A stretch of 64,000 bases of DNA from Histomonas meleagridis 2922-C6/04-290x (taxonomy: Eukaryota; Protista; Parabasalia). The DNA lies in assembly GCA_020184695.1 (NCBI GenBank), contig JAANOX010000142.1, positions 248,001-312,000 of the forward strand, written 5' to 3'. This document shows positions 1-11,101 of the stretch, in pieces. The position numbers and the translations under genes were made by a program. Numbering within the stretch: the stretch's first letter is position 1; the number at the start of each line of letters is the position of its first letter. The notes under the pieces were generated by a model that saw only the letters and a program-made list of their open reading frames with translations, did no database searches and was not told the origin of the DNA.

Positions 1-1
1 T

Positions 2-3000
2 CTACGAAAAGATTTAATATCGGATGAAATAATTGACAAATATTTAAATTATATTTGTTCGAAAGATGCAACATTAGAAAATGTTAAACATGGATTAATG
101 TTAAGTCAATTATATCCACATAAAAGCAAAGTCGCATATTCGACTTTTTTTATTGATTTATTAAATTTAAAAAATGTTAACATTAGTCGTAGTAAATTAT
201 TTCTTTCTTTAGTTAATCATCCAACAGCAGATCCGATATTTTTAGTGAACATTAGTTTATATGATCCAAGTAAAACAATTCGTTTATTAGCAGTAAAATA
301 TTTAAAGCCAACAATCCAATTATCATATTATACTCCAATCTTCCAAATATTATATGATTCTTCATATAAAGTACGTCGGAAAGCTATACGATTTTTTAGT
401 CAATTAGTGAATTATAACCCAATGTTATTATGCGAATTAGATTATCGATTTACTCGATTAATTGATCAAATCAAATTCACACGGAATTTACGAGTTATGT
501 CTAAATCTGCTTCATTAATTTGGGCGATATGTAAATATTGGAAAAAAGTTTCAGAGAAATATTCAAATATTATTACACATATTTGTTTATCAGCATTTGA
601 GTTACCTTTAATTGAACATTGTACTAATATTAATAAAGAAATAATACCAAACTTTGAAATCCCTTCCGAAATGAATCAATCATTAACTAATTCATTGACA
701 CCTTTAAATAATACTTATTCTGATTCATCTAAAAAAATGGAATCAATTGACTTCTCTAAACTTTCATTCGATGCAACACATTCATTTGTAGAACAAATGA
801 AATTATCTGAATTTTCGCTAATGGATGAAAAGTCTAGTACTGCAAGTCAACCATCTTCTAAACTTAGTAAAGAAATATTAAATAACATATCAACGATAAC
901 AGAAAATGAGAATTTCCATTATCAAAAAGAGAAACAAGAGAAATTATTACAAATATATGCGAACACTGAATATTATAAATCGAAACTAATAAAAATAATT
1001 AATAAAAAAGATACTGATAAAAGGGATTGTCGCTTATGTAAAGCGTTAAGTTATTTAGCGATTAATTCGGAGCCTTCATTAACAACTATTTTAAATGCGT
1101 TTAATTATTTATTCTCACAACGGAAATCAGATAAATATTATTTATCATTAGTAAAATCATTACAAAGATTATCAACATTAACTTATAATGGATTAAATAT
1201 TCGTTTACGTTGTCCTTCATTAATGATACCATTATCAAATATATTAGTCCAAACACATGATCAAAAACTTGCAACAAATATTATAAAACTTTTCGGAAGT
1301 TCTTTTGATTATTTCGATACATTTCAATTACGAAAAACAGATGAAAATGATTTCTTATTTGTTAATACTACTGATTTTGTATTTAATAACATATTAACAT
1401 ATTTCCATACGCCTTCATTACCATTATTTGCAGCGATTACAATGATTATTGAAGGCGATCCAATTAATTCTGCTAAATATATCAGTAAAATTATTCCAAT
1501 TTTCATTAGATCAATACATTCAACAGTAAACTTTCGAAAAACTTTATTTAAATATTTGGAAATAATTGTATGTCATTATAGATCAGAAATTGTTCAAATG
1601 ATTCCAATATTAGTTTCAACAATATTAAAATATTTTAATTTAAAATCATGTGTACATTTAGCCGTATGTTTATCTTATTATATTAAAGGAGAATTTACTC
1701 CGTTTTTAATAAATCTTTATCCAACTGTTCTAAGTAAATTAGGACAAAAAGATTTTTCATATTTTAAAGTTATTGTTAAATTAATTACATTTTTAATTAT
1801 ATATCAAAATCAATCAATAATTTTATTCTTAAATACAATCGAAATGAATAGTTATACACAACAATTTTTATTAGTTTTAGCTAAAAGTTTAACATTAATA
1901 GCTCAAAATGTAGATATAGAATTATATCAATCAAGATTTGTATATTTTTCTTATCGATTTTTATATCCTCCTTTATTATTTTCTTTATGTATTTTTGGTA
2001 ATTTTCCTGTATCTCAATTAAAACGGTTTTTTACTATCGGCGATATAAACAACGATAGCAACAACAAAACTATGACACGCACAAAAAGTTTACTTGAATA
2101 TGAAGCGAAAATCACCAAAAATTTACATCAAAGAACTAAAAGTTTAACTCAAAAGAACTTTGGTGGGAAGAATGGATTACATCAATATTATTTACAAGAA
2201 GAAGATAATGATAAATTAATAAGTGATGATAATTCATTAAAATCTAAAAAACATATTTTATCTTATGCAATCTATCAACAATTAGAACAATTCCAAAAAC
2301 AACGTTCAAATGATTATAATTCAGATAAAATCAACGAATTAACGTTTATTAAAATTAAAGAGCCACATTTGAAAACACATAATTTAATATCAAAATCTAA
2401 TGAAAATCAACCGATTACATTTTTTGGTAGTTTAACATTTCCAACAGAAGTTAACACTGGCAAATGGATGCAAAACTTATTATATTCATGTGTTAAGCGC
2501 TCACCAAACAATGCAATTCATTCATGTATCTCAATCTTAGACTTTAATTATGAATTTAATCACACTATTTTCCCCGCTGCATTTATTTCATGTTGGAAGA
2601 ACACAGAAGAGAAACATCGAATACATTTTTCGAATATTATTCAACGAATTCTTGAAGAACATCAAACCAATTATCCTGAGTTATTTGAAATTATTAATGT
2701 TGCAGCACGTTCTAAATATCCATTTTCCATCGACTTAGTTAAAATTGCGAAGTTATCATATTCATGTCAATACTCATTATTTTTCTTACAACAACGACTC
2801 TTAGAATGTCCTAATGACATAGAAGCTATTAAAGCTTTAATGGAATTATATCAAAAGATTGGGAATTATCCATCGATATTTGCACATTATAATAACTTTA
2901 AGAAATATGTTGACGAATCAACGTTAGCAAAATGGAATGGTACTATTGGTAATTGGGAAGAAGCATTAAAATATTATGAGAAAACTAATGCAGATTTCCC

Positions 3001-6000
3001 AACAATAGTCCAATGTTTAGCGAAATTAAATCGAAACAATGATATTTATTCTAAAGAAAATATATTCGAAGCATTAAATGATGAAGAAAAAGATAAAGTA
3101 TCGGATTATTTCTTTGTAATTTATAGTTTTTTAGGGCAAACAAATAAAATCGAAAAAATTATTCAATCATATGAAGGAAGATGGAATCCTTTTCGTTATT
3201 TATTAGTAATTAATTTTTATTGTAAAGAAAAGAAAGATATGAAAGTTAAGGAATTAATTGAAGAAGCATTTAAATATTTAACAATTGATCGTCAAGTATA
3301 TATTAGTGGAGATAATTCACAAATTACAAAGAATTTAAGTTATGCACAAATGTTCGTCGATTGTAATGATGTATTAAGTAATAAAAATCAAGACATTAAA
3401 ACTTATAAAAGACGTATTAAATGTTTCCATCGAACTGCAGATTTATGGGAACAAATTATCCGTTTTAAGAATTATAAAACGCCAATTTCAATGAATTTAC
3501 AATATTATTTAAAGATTATATCATCGTTAAGAAAAGATCGACAATTTAAAATCATTAAAGCATTCTTCGAACCTTATTTAAGTCAATCTTATGAACCAGA
3601 TACATTAATATGTAAAATTAAGATATTATGGGCACAAGAAAAACATTCGAAAGCTATCGAATTAGCTCGATTTATATGTAATATGTATGATGGTATTACA
3701 TTTGAACAATTTAAGAATATAAAACATTTCCCTTTACCAAGGAATGGTATAATATCATATTTAAATCAAAAAGATTTTGATAATGAAATGCGGAAATTTT
3801 GTATTGAACAATTTTCATATAATAATTTTACTGAATTTTATCAAAATATATTAAAAGAAAATAAAATATATCAAAATGAATTCTTAAAGTTATTAATACA
3901 AAAATTCCCAAATAAAATGTATAATTGTTATCTAACATCAAGAAAAGAAGTTGAAACAGATATAATATATGGGTCTAGAATGCATCGAATATTTGCGGAT
4001 TATTTATATCGAATTTCAAGTAGTCTAGAAGAATCTCAAGAAAGTGTTGAAGCATGTAAAAAAGCAGTTGAATTTGATCCGAATGATTATCGTAATTATA
4101 AATTATGGGGTTATACTAATTCACAATTATATGGACAATTACGATTAAACATTAAAGATAATACTGATTTAGGTGACTTAAAAGATTTATTTATTAAACA
4201 TTTAAATAAACCTAAGTCAAGTACACCTATTCATGATCCAATACAATATGTACCACCTAAAATTAGTATTGATTTAATTAAACAAGGACAAACATCTCGA
4301 ATACAATCTACAAATAATAATAATAATAATACAATTAAAAATGTAATTAAACCTAAACCAATATCAATTAGTTCAAGAAATAATATATTATTAAATAATA
4401 AATCAAAGTTAACAAAGTCACAATATATATATCAAAAATCACAAAATAATGAAACGGAAAATAATTCATTTAAATTATATCAACAAATAAATGATCCAAA
4501 TGAATATGCAATTCGATCTATAGAATCATTTCTTAAAGTGATACAATTACGATCATCAGATTCACTTGAATGTTTATGTCAAATTATTTCATTATTATTT
4601 TCATTTAAATATAACAAAAATACTATTGATAAATTAATTAATGATATATTATCTTTACCTGCATCTTATTTTAAAGTAGTAATACCACAATTAACTTCTA
4701 AAATTGATCATCCGGATATATTAATACGAAATTTAGTACATAAATTAATCATTGAAATTAGCAAAATTGATTTCCAATTATTATATTTCCCTTTATCACT
4801 TTATTCTAATATTAAACAAGATTCTAAAAGTCAAATAGCTAAAGAATTAATGAATAAAATAATCGGACAAAATAAAGATTCTTATGAAGATGCCGAAATA
4901 TTTTCAGATGGATTAAAACGTTCTGCGATTACTTGGTTTGAAAGTTGGGTATATTCGATTGAAGCTTGTGTTAAATCTCAAAAGAATCAATCATATGAAG
5001 ACCCAATTAAAGTATATTTAAATGAACGTTTCGAAGAATTTTATAATCCAAAATGTTCATTAGATGAATTATTCATTAAAATGCATGGCGATTCTGTGAA
5101 AAATATTATGAATTTATATAACAACAATTCACAACAAATTTGGTTGTCATTAAAAAGATTTCATCAACAATTAAAAGAAGAAATAGAACGATTATCAGTA
5201 ATAATACTTTCAAAGGTTTCCGAAGAATTAGCAATGAAAAAAGGATTTAACTTATATGCGCCTGGAATAGAAGATAAAAGTTATGGTCATATGTATAGTA
5301 TTGAATCGATGATGGAAATTATGGGAACTCAACAAAAGCCAAGAATAGTATACATTAGAACTGAGAATGGACAACGGATTAAATATTTGTTAAAAGGAAA
5401 TGAAGATTTAAGATTGGATGAAAGATTCATGCAATTCTTTTCATTAATTAATAGTTTGTTCTTACAAAATAGACAAACAAGAGAATATCAAATATCGGTA
5501 AATCGATATTCAATTATCTCATTATCAATTAATGTTGGATTAATTCAATGGATAATCGGGGCTGATACAATGCATCAAATGATTATAGATGATCGAGAAT
5601 ATAATGAGAAGCCTTTATACCCTGAAATGTATAAGGTCAAAGAAATGATGAATTGTGATTTTGCATTCATTTCAAACATTCAGAAAATCGAAGTTTTTGA
5701 TACAATTGCATCAGAATTCAATGCGACGGAACTTTTTGAATGGATGTGGATAAAGTCACCTCACATCCAGATGTGGATGAAACGGAATCAAAGATTTACG
5801 ATAACTACTGCTTTAATGTCAATGGTAGGTCATATTATAGGGTTAGGTGATCGACATCCAAGTAATTTAATGATACAAAGAGAAACAGGGAATGTATGTC
5901 ATATTGATTTCGGAGAATCTTTTGAATCGACTTTATTAAGAAGTAATTTCCCTGAGAAAGTACCATTTAGATTAACAAGAATGATCTTGAAAAATTTAAC

Positions 6001-6301
6001 CGGTAATTGTACTAACGGTTTGTTTAGATATATCTGTGAAATAGTTATGATGGTCTTAAGAGAAAACCAATCATCATTGGTGTCACAGTTGTTCATATTT
6101 CTACATGAGCCTTTGTTGAATCAAAATAATTCGAGAGCCGTGAAAAGAGTTTTGAGTAAGTTGCAAGGAAGAGAATTTAATAAAGAAGGTGAAGATGAGG
6201 AACAATTAGAAGTAATCGATCAAGTCGACAGATTGATCGAAATAGCAAAGGACCCTTATATCTACGTGAGGCACTACCCGGGGTGGTGCCCATTTTGGTG
6301 A
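2..6301 (+). CDS. TOR: TOR-family PI3K-related kinase (HEAT-FAT-FRB-kinase-FATC), 5'-partial
   Basis: Kinase motifs YLLKGNEDLRLDER, HIIGLGDRHPSN and HIDFG; FRB-like AITWFESW; FATC C-terminus YVRHYPGWCPFW. The frame is open from position 2 to the ATG at 98, so the gene probably starts upstream of the window. Confidence 0.95.
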   Translation, partial: LRKDLISDEIIDKYLNYICSKDATLENVKHGLMLSQLYPHKSKVAYSTFFIDLLNLKNVNISRSKLFLSLVNHPTADPIFLVNISLYDPSKTIRLLAVKYLKPTIQLSYYTPIFQILYDSSYKVRRKAIRFFSQLVNYNPMLLCELDYRFTRLIDQIKFTRNLRVMSKSASLIWAICKYWKKVSEKYSNIITHICLSAFELPLIEHCTNINKEIIPNFEIPSEMNQSLTNSLTPLNNTYSDSSKKMESIDFSKLSFDATHSFVEQMKLSEFSLMDEKSSTASQPSSKLSKEILNNISTITENENFHYQKEKQEKLLQIYANTEYYKSKLIKIINKKDTDKRDCRLCKALSYLAINSEPSLTTILNAFNYLFSQRKSDKYYLSLVKSLQRLSTLTYNGLNIRLRCPSLMIPLSNILVQTHDQKLATNIIKLFGSSFDYFDTFQLRKTDENDFLFVNTTDFVFNNILTYFHTPSLPLFAAITMIIEGDPINSAKYISKIIPIFIRSIHSTVNFRKTLFKYLEIIVCHYRSEIVQMIPILVSTILKYFNLKSCVHLAVCLSYYIKGEFTPFLINLYPTVLSKLGQKDFSYFKVIVKLITFLIIYQNQSIILFLNTIEMNSYTQQFLLVLAKSLTLIAQNVDIELYQSRFVYFSYRFLYPPLLFSLCIFGNFPVSQLKRFFTIGDINNDSNNKTMTRTKSLLEYEAKITKNLHQRTKSLTQKNFGGKNGLHQYYLQEEDNDKLISDDNSLKSKKHILSYAIYQQLEQFQKQRSNDYNSDKINELTFIKIKEPHLKTHNLISKSNENQPITFFGSLTFPTEVNTGKWMQNLLYSCVKRSPNNAIHSCISILDFNYEFNHTIFPAAFISCWKNTEEKHRIHFSNIIQRILEEHQTNYPELFEIINVAARSKYPFSIDLVKIAKLSYSCQYSLFFLQQRLLECPNDIEAIKALMELYQKIGNYPSIFAHYNNFKKYVDESTLAKWNGTIGNWEEALKYYEKTNADFPTIVQCLAKLNRNNDIYSKENIFEALNDEEKDKVSDYFFVIYSFLGQTNKIEKIIQSYEGRWNPFRYLLVINFYCKEKKDMKVKELIEEAFKYLTIDRQVYISGDNSQITKNLSYAQMFVDCNDVLSNKNQDIKTYKRRIKCFHRTADLWEQIIRFKNYKTPISMNLQYYLKIISSLRKDRQFKIIKAFFEPYLSQSYEPDTLICKIKILWAQEKHSKAIELARFICNMYDGITFEQFKNIKHFPLPRNGIISYLNQKDFDNEMRKFCIEQFSYNNFTEFYQNILKENKIYQNEFLKLLIQKFPNKMYNCYLTSRKEVETDIIYGSRMHRIFADYLYRISSSLEESQESVEACKKAVEFDPNDYRNYKLWGYTNSQLYGQLRLNIKDNTDLGDLKDLFIKHLNKPKSSTPIHDPIQYVPPKISIDLIKQGQTSRIQSTNNNNNNTIKNVIKPKPISISSRNNILLNNKSKLTKSQYIYQKSQNNETENNSFKLYQQINDPNEYAIRSIESFLKVIQLRSSDSLECLCQIISLLFSFKYNKNTIDKLINDILSLPASYFKVVIPQLTSKIDHPDILIRNLVHKLIIEISKIDFQLLYFPLSLYSNIKQDSKSQIAKELMNKIIGQNKDSYEDAEIFSDGLKRSAITWFESWVYSIEACVKSQKNQSYEDPIKVYLNERFEEFYNPKCSLDELFIKMHGDSVKNIMNLYNNNSQQIWLSLKRFHQQLKEEIERLSVIILSKVSEELAMKKGFNLYAPGIEDKSYGHMYSIESMMEIMGTQQKPRIVYIRTENGQRIKYLLKGNEDLRLDERFMQFFSLINSLFLQNRQTREYQISVNRYSIISLSINVGLIQWIIGADTMHQMIIDDREYNEKPLYPEMYKVKEMMNCDFAFISNIQKIEVFDTIASEFNATELFEWMWIKSPHIQMWMKRNQRFTITTALMSMVGHIIGLGDRHPSNLMIQRETGNVCHIDFGESFESTLLRSNFPEKVPFRLTRMILKNLTGNCTNGLFRYICEIVMMVLRENQSSLVSQLFIFLHEPLLNQNNSRAVKRVLSKLQGREFNKEGEDEEQLEVIDQVDRLIEIAKDPYIYVRHYPGWCPFW

Positions 6302-6726
6302 TGTTACATAAGAAAATGTTAAATAAAATGTTAAGTTTTTTATTTAAATCAATTTCTTTGTGTTTAAAAAGATGAAAATTATTAATCAGTATGAAATATT
6401 GTTGTTTAAAAAGTTGCAATACTGCTGTCAGTTTTATGTATAAAAATACTATTGTTGGTTTTATATATTTTAATTATCATTAAAAAATAATTAATATATT
6501 AAATAATATTAATATTGAGAGTTTAAAAATTTACAAATTATTCATTATTATGAAATGCTATTGTTTAAAAAGATGAAGATTATTAATTATTATGAAATAC
6601 TGTTGTTAGCTTTGTTAGAATAAAAATTATTCATTATTATGAAAAGCTATTATTATTTTTATCTGAATGTCTAAAAAAAATAATCATTAAAATCTTAAAA
6701 TTTTTGTTTTTATTACATATTTTAAA

Positions 6727-8316
6727 TTATTCATTGGATAGCAAAACCATTTGTACGAAGTCCGCCAGTAGCTTTATTTCCTCAGACTCAGATTGTGGGC
6801 TTAAATCTATATTCAAGCATATTTCCGATGCCAATTTTCTCATTTCCTCCAAAATTACTTCTTCATCCTCTTTAATATAATTTTTGTTTTTACAAATTGC
6901 GCATAGAACCTCCGCAATTATTCCAGTTACTTCTGCTTCATTAGCAATGAATTGGTAAACATTTTGCAAGTATTCGATATAAAAACGAGTTGGGATATCA
7001 TCGAATTGGTATAAAATATAAGAAAACATTGAAATAATTTTTTGCTTAACTTGAAATGATTCGGATTCATTAGATTCGGAACAACTATTTGAAAGTATAT
7101 CCAAAACATTTATATCAATCAAAATATGGCAAAAATCGTTACAATCGTTAGTATTCAGAAGGATTATCTCTTCCATGAGCATTACTGCATAAAGATGTAT
7201 TTTATTTTGTGGATGTGCTAATGCATCATTAAGAAAATTAGTTTCTTTAAATGAGTTTAATAATTTTGGATAAAATTCAGATGAAATACCAAAACATTGA
7301 AGAATATAAAAGGCAGCATATGCAATATCATATTCAGTATTTGTTATATATTCAATATCATTTAATATACATTTCTTAATGATTTGTGTTAATGTGCTTT
7401 GTGGAATACAATTACAAAATTCGTTTGGATGATTTTCAATTAAATTATCAAGACATAAAAGAGAATCATAAACAAACATAATATTATAATTTGAATTAAC
7501 TAATAAAATAGATATAAATTCAATATATTCCTTGGCTAAATCTGAAGAAAAAAATTGATGGTATTTACATGTGAAATGTAATGTGAAATCAATGAATTGA
7601 AACATGACATGCTCAGACTTGGGGTTCATACAACATCTTGCGATTTCAGGAATACTGAAAGCGATAATTTCAAGTGACTTTTGGTTTAATTCATGGAATT
7701 CAATTAAATTAAAAAAAAAATTTATTAGAGAAGTCCGAATAGTAACAAGAATACTAAATTCAATCTCGTCGTATGTTTGAATTTCATTACCATTTTCATC
7801 ATGATTGATGTATTTGGTATTTGGATAACAAATTAATTCAATTATGGATGGAATAGATTCATATGATTCTAATTCTGTTTCAAATTGGGAACGACTGTAC
7901 AATAAAATCAATTGGGCTGCTACACTAAGAACTTGGTAATGATCACCTTCAACAATTAATTGAAATAGTAAATCAGAAAAGTGAAAATCATTTTCATCAC
8001 GAATTTGTGTTTTTTCAAGCCAAGAAATTATAGTATATAAAACTTCTTGTTTGGAAAGTGTGTGATTAGTGATTTGAACTATTAGATTATAAAGAGCTTG
8101 TAAAAAATGAAATAAACCATCACGGTCATATCTAGCCTTAGAAGAGGCAGCTTCTCGTGCATAATTTTGTATTTCATCATGAAAATTTAGGATTTCTTCA
8201 TCAGAATATAATTCTTGTTTTGCATCATCTTGTTCTTCTTGACTTTGCATTAACAAAGCTCTTCTATTTCGCAAATAACTTAAATTATGGAAAGATGGCT
8301 TATAATTTACTTTCAT
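6727..8316 (-). CDS. hypothetical alpha-helical (ARM-like) protein, up to 529 aa
   Basis: Long ORF, Leu/Ile/Glu-rich helical composition, no diagnostic motif. Alternative start MQSQ at 8250. Confidence 0.7.
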   Translation of the reverse strand: MKVNYKPSFHNLSYLRNRRALLMQSQEEQDDAKQELYSDEEILNFHDEIQNYAREAASSKARYDRDGLFHFLQALYNLIVQITNHTLSKQEVLYTIISWLEKTQIRDENDFHFSDLLFQLIVEGDHYQVLSVAAQLILLYSRSQFETELESYESIPSIIELICYPNTKYINHDENGNEIQTYDEIEFSILVTIRTSLINFFFNLIEFHELNQKSLEIIAFSIPEIARCCMNPKSEHVMFQFIDFTLHFTCKYHQFFSSDLAKEYIEFISILLVNSNYNIMFVYDSLLCLDNLIENHPNEFCNCIPQSTLTQIIKKCILNDIEYITNTEYDIAYAAFYILQCFGISSEFYPKLLNSFKETNFLNDALAHPQNKIHLYAVMLMEEIILLNTNDCNDFCHILIDINVLDILSNSCSESNESESFQVKQKIISMFSYILYQFDDIPTRFYIEYLQNVYQFIANEAEVTGIIAEVLCAICKNKNYIKEDEEVILEEMRKLASEICLNIDLSPQSESEEIKLLADFVQMVLLSNE

Positions 8317-8353
8317 ATGATTTCGCGGGGTGCTCCGAACGATAAGTTATAAA

Positions 8354-10228
8354 ATGTTCTGGTTACTCCTTAATGTAGCGCAAATATGGTTTGGATTCGA
8401 ATTTTCTCTTATAATTCTTCACCGAGAGGTCAACTTCTTTACTATCATCTCAAATGGGATAAGTTTTGGAATTAGTTCTTCAGTTCTTATATATTCTTTT
8501 TTTTCTCAAATTTTTGGGAATTGTTATGCCCATCTTGTTGCACATACTATCTTACTTATAATGTGTTCAATTTTCTTATTTCTTCGAAGAAGGCGGAAAG
8601 ATCTATATGTAATTAAATTGAAAACCTTAGATGTAGGTCCACCATTAATTTTATCAATTATTGTTGTTGTCTTTACATTTCCATTATATTTTTTATCCAA
8701 AACCAGTTATCTTACAATTTCCTCAACGTTTATTAATGAAGATTTATCATTAATATCATCATTTACATATGGGTGTAATAGCGGGAAAACATCTTTTTAT
8801 CATTTTAAGCATCCAGATTATTATGGAAATCAAGTTGTTACTCGATGGCTTACATCATATTTTGTATCTATGTTAAAAATTGGTGGTTGTGGGGTTACAG
8901 TCTCAATGGTATATTCGACCACATTATTGCTTCAATCATTATTTCTTTCATTATCATCATTTTGTACTGAATTTCGTGTTTCAAATTTGTTATCACCAAT
9001 TGTTATATTATTTCCATTATTTAATAGTGGCATTGGATATATAAAATATTTATATTCTCCACAAACAAAGAGTCCTACGATTGATTATATTTCTGATCTT
9101 GGTCCTGATTTTCCATCTACACATTGTTTAAATCCACTTTTCCAAATCATATTAAATTCACGTGAAATGATATTATCATTAGCAATATCAACAAATGTAT
9201 TATATTTTTTATATCGATCGATTCGTTGTTTTAATTATAAGGATTCGATAAATTTGTTACGTTTTTCAGGGTTTTTAATTGGTGGAATTTTACCTACGAC
9301 AATGCATCAATGTTTCATTTCTATATTAATTTTCTCCATTTTTTATTGCATCATTCAATGTATCCATCAAAAGTTTATAAGACAAACAAAAAACCTTTTT
9401 ATTTCGATAATAATATCATTTGTTTTTATCAATCTAAGTAGATATTATAATAAAAATTTTCTTTCGTCAATAAAATTCGAACGAATTTATCATCAAAACG
9501 TCGAAAGTGGCGATAGTTTTCCGATATTAAAATATTGGTTTAATAATTCCGGAATTTATCCATTCGTTATAATATTTATTGGGTGGATATTATTTGGAAT
9601 TGTTGAAACTCGATTTTTCGAAGCATTTGTCTTAACATTTATTACATTGAATTTCATTAAGTTACAAGATAATGAAGATTATAATATATTTGGATTTTAT
9701 TCGTTTCTATATACAATTGGCTCGATTTATTATATGTCTATTGTCACACGGATTTATAAAAAAATTGAAAATCAAGAAGCTAAAGGTATTGTCTTAGGAA
9801 TCATTTTCGTTGTTACTCTGTTTTTCTTCCTATCTTCTCTTATGAGCTTAAAACAAATTGTCCATATAACAAATAATTGGTCGGGTAAATTCGATTTTGT
9901 TAATTGGGTTTTAACTAACACAAATAAAAATGACGTCTTCTTATCAAATGAAGTGGCTTTAAATCCAATTCCAACTTGTGCTGGTAGAATAATGTATCTG
10001 TCGAATATGGCAGTGTTGGAAAGAGAAGGTTTTAATTATGGACAAGCTTTCGAAAATAGAACTTGTTTATTGAGGAATAGTAAGGTGTTAAACATAGTGA
10101 AATACTTCGCAGAATTTAATGGATTACAGAAAACTGTCGAATATAATAATGACGATTTAGAAAATTGGGAAATGGTTTATAGAGATCAATCAGGAGTAAT
10201 TTATAGAAATAAGTTGCTTGACGTTTAA
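8354..10228 (+). CDS. multi-pass membrane protein (possibly GT-C-like), function unknown
   Basis: Long ORF with many hydrophobic segments and a soluble C-terminal tail. The ORF track starts at GTG 8330; the first ATG is 8354. GT-C similarity is inferred from topology only. Confidence 0.7.
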   Translation: MFWLLLNVAQIWFGFEFSLIILHREVNFFTIISNGISFGISSSVLIYSFFSQIFGNCYAHLVAHTILLIMCSIFLFLRRRRKDLYVIKLKTLDVGPPLILSIIVVVFTFPLYFLSKTSYLTISSTFINEDLSLISSFTYGCNSGKTSFYHFKHPDYYGNQVVTRWLTSYFVSMLKIGGCGVTVSMVYSTTLLLQSLFLSLSSFCTEFRVSNLLSPIVILFPLFNSGIGYIKYLYSPQTKSPTIDYISDLGPDFPSTHCLNPLFQIILNSREMILSLAISTNVLYFLYRSIRCFNYKDSINLLRFSGFLIGGILPTTMHQCFISILIFSIFYCIIQCIHQKFIRQTKNLFISIIISFVFINLSRYYNKNFLSSIKFERIYHQNVESGDSFPILKYWFNNSGIYPFVIIFIGWILFGIVETRFFEAFVLTFITLNFIKLQDNEDYNIFGFYSFLYTIGSIYYMSIVTRIYKKIENQEAKGIVLGIIFVVTLFFFLSSLMSLKQIVHITNNWSGKFDFVNWVLTNTNKNDVFLSNEVALNPIPTCAGRIMYLSNMAVLEREGFNYGQAFENRTCLLRNSKVLNIVKYFAEFNGLQKTVEYNNDDLENWEMVYRDQSGVIYRNKLLDV

Positions 10229-11077
10229 AATATATATTTGTTTGGATAAAAATTGTTGTTGATAATACTTTATATTGTTTTTCTTTTGATGTAATTCATG
10301 AGATTTTTATATTTTATATAATGTCTATGCATTTTATATATTAAAAAAATGAAAATCATAAAAGAAAAACACGAAGAAAGAAATCTCACCATTTCATTAA
10401 ATTATAAAAAAAAAATTTATTTAATCATGAGCAGAATTAACGAATTTTAATTAATATGAAATGAATGGACTCGTTCTTTTAAAGTAATCAATTTGAAATT
10501 TTTAACGCTGGCTTCGATGTTTAGTGACCAAATAGTGATTTAAATTTATATAAAAAATAAAATTTGAATATCTTGATTGAACAATAATATTAATGCAAAA
10601 AATAAACATTAATAAGACTACAAAAAGGATTCAAAATTAAAAATTTATTAAGAAAGTTTACTTATGATTGTGCACAATGTTCTTTCTACAAAATGAAAGA
10701 TTCATTTTTTCAAATTTTACACCAGTTTTTGAATGATCACAATATCACTTTTTGTTAATTATACAAAAATTTTATGCGTTGAATTTTCTTAATTGACAAA
10801 AAATCGAACAGAATAAAAATATATTGGTATAAAAACTCAATATCGAAATGATTTCATAAATTTTGGAATAACATCTTAAAAGTAAATATAATTTTGTTAA
10901 CAAATTAATAATTCTTTTCATATAAAGTTATTTATCATTCATTAAATTCATATATCTTCATAATTTTTTTTATTATTTCATTACCTTATAAAACACCTAC
11001 GTGAAATTATCAAAAAAAATAAAAGTTGATATTGGATATTTTGGAGAAAAACGTATTTCATTCACGAATTGGATAAT

Positions 11078-11093
11078 AACGGTTAATTTCAGT
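11078..11093 (+). promoter_or_regulatory. M3-like (AACGGTT) plus Inr-like (TCAGT) core promoter of the NDR kinase gene
   Basis: AACGGTT at 11078-11084 and TCAGT at 11089-11093, 9 nt before ATG 11102. Matches the Trichomonas M3 (Myb-like) and Inr consensus. Confidence 0.5.
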
Positions 11094-11101
11094 TGTATAA
11101 T

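Noticed and set aside
4300-4480. Poly-Asn/low-complexity stretch in TOR
   Set aside because: Ordinary low-complexity insertion typical of AT-rich protist proteins; the frame is intact.
6360-6660. Degenerate intergenic repeats (ATGAAATATTGTTGTTTAAAAAG-like)
   Set aside because: Short, low-complexity and degenerate; no terminal inverted repeats, target-site duplication or coding potential.
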